DNA of 62,357 nucleotides, filler included, from Limisphaerales bacterium (GTDB lineage: Bacteria > Verrucomicrobiota > Verrucomicrobiia > Limisphaerales > SIBE01): NCBI GenBank assembly GCA_044225505.1. It is 4 parts of 4 records of this genome, joined end to end, with 100 filler letters (N's around TTAATTAATTAA, not from the genome) between each part and the next. Parts side by side here need not be neighbours in the genome. Positions count along the whole stretch, not along the records: positions 59,511 to 62,357 come from JBGAIN010000331.1; 3 more parts are not named here. One strand, 5' to 3'. This document shows positions 60,000 through 62,357 of this stretch, piece after piece. The notes under the pieces were generated by a model. The model had not been told where the DNA came from. It saw only the letters and a program-made list of their open reading frames with translations, and searched no databases. Each line of letters begins with the position of its first letter. Positions within the stretch are counted from its first letter, which is position 1. The position numbers were made by a program, and so were the translations under genes.

Positions 60000-62357
60000 A
60001 TGAACCAGTTCCTTGACTTCCGCCGCATTCTCGCTGGTGTCGTGTGGTTATGCCTGACCCTTCCGACGCTCTCGCAGTCGGTAATTCTGAGTGAACTGAT
60101 GCCCAGCGCAATCGGGGAACCCGAAACCCCTAGCTTCATTGAAGTTCACAATCCAGGTTCGAAAGAAATCTCTTTGCACGGGTGGAGCTTCGTCGATGGC
60201 ATCCGATTCACCTTCACCAATGTCACATTGCCAGCGAATGGCTACTGGGTAGTCGCGGCCGACCTGGCAGCGTTTCACCGCCGCTACCCGTCGGTCACCA
60301 ATGTGGTCGGCAATTGGTCCGGACGGTTAAGGCCAGGCGAAGCTGTCGCATTGCACAATGCCTCGCAGCAACTCGTGACGCGGGTGGAGTTTGGCCGCGA
60401 CGGCGACTGGGCGGTTCGGCAGCGCGGGCCCAACGACCACGGTCATCGCGGTTGGATCTGGTCCGCCCCTGTCGATCTCGGCCGTTCGCTGGAATTGATC
60501 GAACCGAAATTGCCTGGGGATTCAGGCCAGAATTGGGCCGCGAGCCGCGTGGCTGGTGGGACCCCGGGAGGACCGAACTCGGTCGCTTCCACGGTGAGCG
60601 GGGGTTTGATCCTGGACGTGCGCCACTGGCCCGCCGTGCCGCGATCCACCGATCCAATCGCGATCACCGCGCACTTCATCTCGCCATCGAGTGGGAGCGG
60701 AACAGCCGCCGTACGATACCGGGTGGCGGACAGGTCCGGCAGCGCTTTTGTTTCGGTGCCCATGGCGGATGATGGCTTGCACCAGGACGGCGCGGCCGAC
60801 GACGGAATCTTCGGTGCGCTCCTCCCTCCGCAACCGCCCGGGACGGTGCTGGAGTATTATGTCGAGTTTACACCGAACGGAGGGGAGAAGCGGACCTGGC
60901 CGGCGCCAGCGGTCCTCGAAGAGGGTCAACTTGACCAAGTAACGAACTGCCTGCTCCAGGTCGATGACGAACCGGACTCCGTGGATTCACCGCGATACCG
61001 AATCCTACTCACCGCTTCGGATCGGGGGGAACTGGCTCTGATGAGCAGTCAACTGCCGGACGGTTTGAGCAACGCGGAGTTCAACGCGACGTTCATTGGC
61101 TGGGATGGAAACCGCCATCATATTCGCCACCGCGTGAGCGTCCGACCGCGGGGCCATGGCAGTCGTGGCAAACTCCCAGCGAGCTACCACTTGGAGTTTC
61201 CGCAAGGCGCGCTTTGGAATGGTTCGTCCGCGCTGAACTTGAACGCGCCTTACAGTTACGTGACGACGCTTGGCAATAGTTTTTGCCTGCGTGCCGGATT
61301 GCACGCGCCATGGACCTATCTCACCCAGGTTCGCGTTAACGGTGCTGACCTTGCCCTCGATGGCGGCGCCGTCCTCACCTACGGCAGTTACGCCGCGGTC
61401 GAAGTCTTGGATGGCCAGTTTGCCCAGCGCCATTTCCCCAGAGACGACCAAGGTGACCTTTACCGCGGAATCGGCTCGGACGACACGACGCAGGAAGCCG
61501 ATTTCCGATATCTTGGCACTGATCCCCTGCCCTACCGCCCGGTTTACTTCAAACAAACCAACCAACAGCAGGATGATTGGACAGGGCTGATCGAACTCTG
61601 CCGCGTGCTCTCGGCCGCTCCCGACTCCGAGTTTCAAGAGTTGTTGCCACAACGAATCCCAGTTGCGGAATGGGTCCGGTATCTGGCGGTCATGGCTTTC
61701 ATGGATAATCAGGAGACCAGCCCGAACACCGGAACGGGCGACGACTTCGCTCTCTATCAAGGTGTCACTGACCCGCGATTTCATCTCCTGCCCTATGACA
61801 CGGACACGGTCTTGGGCCAGGGCTTCCCCGCCGGCAGCACCAACTCGACCTTGCTCGGCTCGCTCAAGATCGCCGCCTTCGAACGTCTCCTCAAGCAACC
61901 GGAGATTGCCGCCCTCTACGTTTCCACTCTGCGGGAGTTATGCCGGACGGTCTTTTCTCCGGAGCAAGCCTTCCCGATGATCGACCAACTGCTCGGAGGC
62001 CGAGTGCCCGCTCCTGTTTTGGAGAACATTCGTCGGTTCATCCTGGGCCGCATTGAGCATGTTCAAGCGCAGTTCCCGGACCGCCTCTCCTGCCGCGTGG
62101 ATCTGCCATCCACCAATGGACTCTATTCCACGCGCGAGCCCACTCTCGCCATCACCGGCCGTGCCAACACAGCGACCACCAGCGGGGTGCGGGTTAACGG
62201 AGTTCCCGCGACTTGGTTGCCCCTCAGCTCGACCTGGTCGTTCTCGTCTTTCTCACTTCATCCTGGGATCAACGACCTCCGCGTGCAGGCGCTCGATACG
62301 AACGGCGTGGAGGTGGAGCAGATCTCCATTCGGGTGCGGCTGGAATCAGGAGCATCC
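60000..62357 (+). CDS. Secreted lamin-tail-domain plus CotH kinase protein, runs off the window end (absent from the ORF track)
   Basis: Manual translation from ATG 60000: signal peptide, VILSELM…FIEVHNPG…LHGWSFVDGIRFTF…GRSLEL…GGTPGGPNS (LTD), MADDGLHQDGAADDGIFG, then VRPRGHGSR, GSYAAVE, GDLYR, FHLLPYDTDT (CotH). Confidence 0.88.
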   Translation, partial: MNQFLDFRRILAGVVWLCLTLPTLSQSVILSELMPSAIGEPETPSFIEVHNPGSKEISLHGWSFVDGIRFTFTNVTLPANGYWVVAADLAAFHRRYPSVTNVVGNWSGRLRPGEAVALHNASQQLVTRVEFGRDGDWAVRQRGPNDHGHRGWIWSAPVDLGRSLELIEPKLPGDSGQNWAASRVAGGTPGGPNSVASTVSGGLILDVRHWPAVPRSTDPIAITAHFISPSSGSGTAAVRYRVADRSGSAFVSVPMADDGLHQDGAADDGIFGALLPPQPPGTVLEYYVEFTPNGGEKRTWPAPAVLEEGQLDQVTNCLLQVDDEPDSVDSPRYRILLTASDRGELALMSSQLPDGLSNAEFNATFIGWDGNRHHIRHRVSVRPRGHGSRGKLPASYHLEFPQGALWNGSSALNLNAPYSYVTTLGNSFCLRAGLHAPWTYLTQVRVNGADLALDGGAVLTYGSYAAVEVLDGQFAQRHFPRDDQGDLYRGIGSDDTTQEADFRYLGTDPLPYRPVYFKQTNQQQDDWTGLIELCRVLSAAPDSEFQELLPQRIPVAEWVRYLAVMAFMDNQETSPNTGTGDDFALYQGVTDPRFHLLPYDTDTVLGQGFPAGSTNSTLLGSLKIAAFERLLKQPEIAALYVSTLRELCRTVFSPEQAFPMIDQLLGGRVPAPVLENIRRFILGRIEHVQAQFPDRLSCRVDLPSTNGLYSTREPTLAITGRANTATTSGVRVNGVPATWLPLSSTWSFSSFSLHPGINDLRVQALDTNGVEVEQISIRVRLESGAS

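Overview
Bacterial draft-genome DNA, GC-rich. The gene content (PEP-CTERM and VPDSG-type sorting signals, ECF sigma/Ser-Thr kinase module, planctomycete cytochrome c domain, CotH kinases, C-terminal 'W...F(Y/F)R' modules) points to Verrucomicrobiota, probably subdivision 3; this is an inference. The window is four contigs joined by artificial 100-nt N/TTAATTAATTAA linkers (1-28139, 28240-56322, 56423-59410, 59511-62357), so linkage across linkers is meaningless. Most of it is housekeeping: infC, gltX, panE, HU, aguB-like amidase, trpC, gluQ, rarA, 5-formyl-THF cyclo-ligase, rny, a MacAB-type ABC exporter, lpxK-lpxL-waaF, manC, trpA, coaX, birA, nadC and glnS. It also holds three tRNAs (Pro-CGG, Phe-GAA, Ser-GGA) and a 6S RNA. 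I found no CRISPR array, transposase, integrase or prophage. The most interesting items are: (i) a repeated GTAAY-N14-GCGG motif, probably an ECF promoter, linking an ECF sigma/kinase locus to two divergent secreted-protein genes; (ii) two shredded kinase-WD40 genes and several other small deletions/frameshifts, one with a microhomology junction, which may be real decay or assembly error; (iii) a CotH kinase co-oriented with a Tyr/Ser/Pro-repeat lipoprotein; (iv) a recurrent C-terminal module that sits inside a loop in one protein; (v) two long structured 5' leaders, one loosely GEMM-I-like. None of these is established as a new system from sequence alone.
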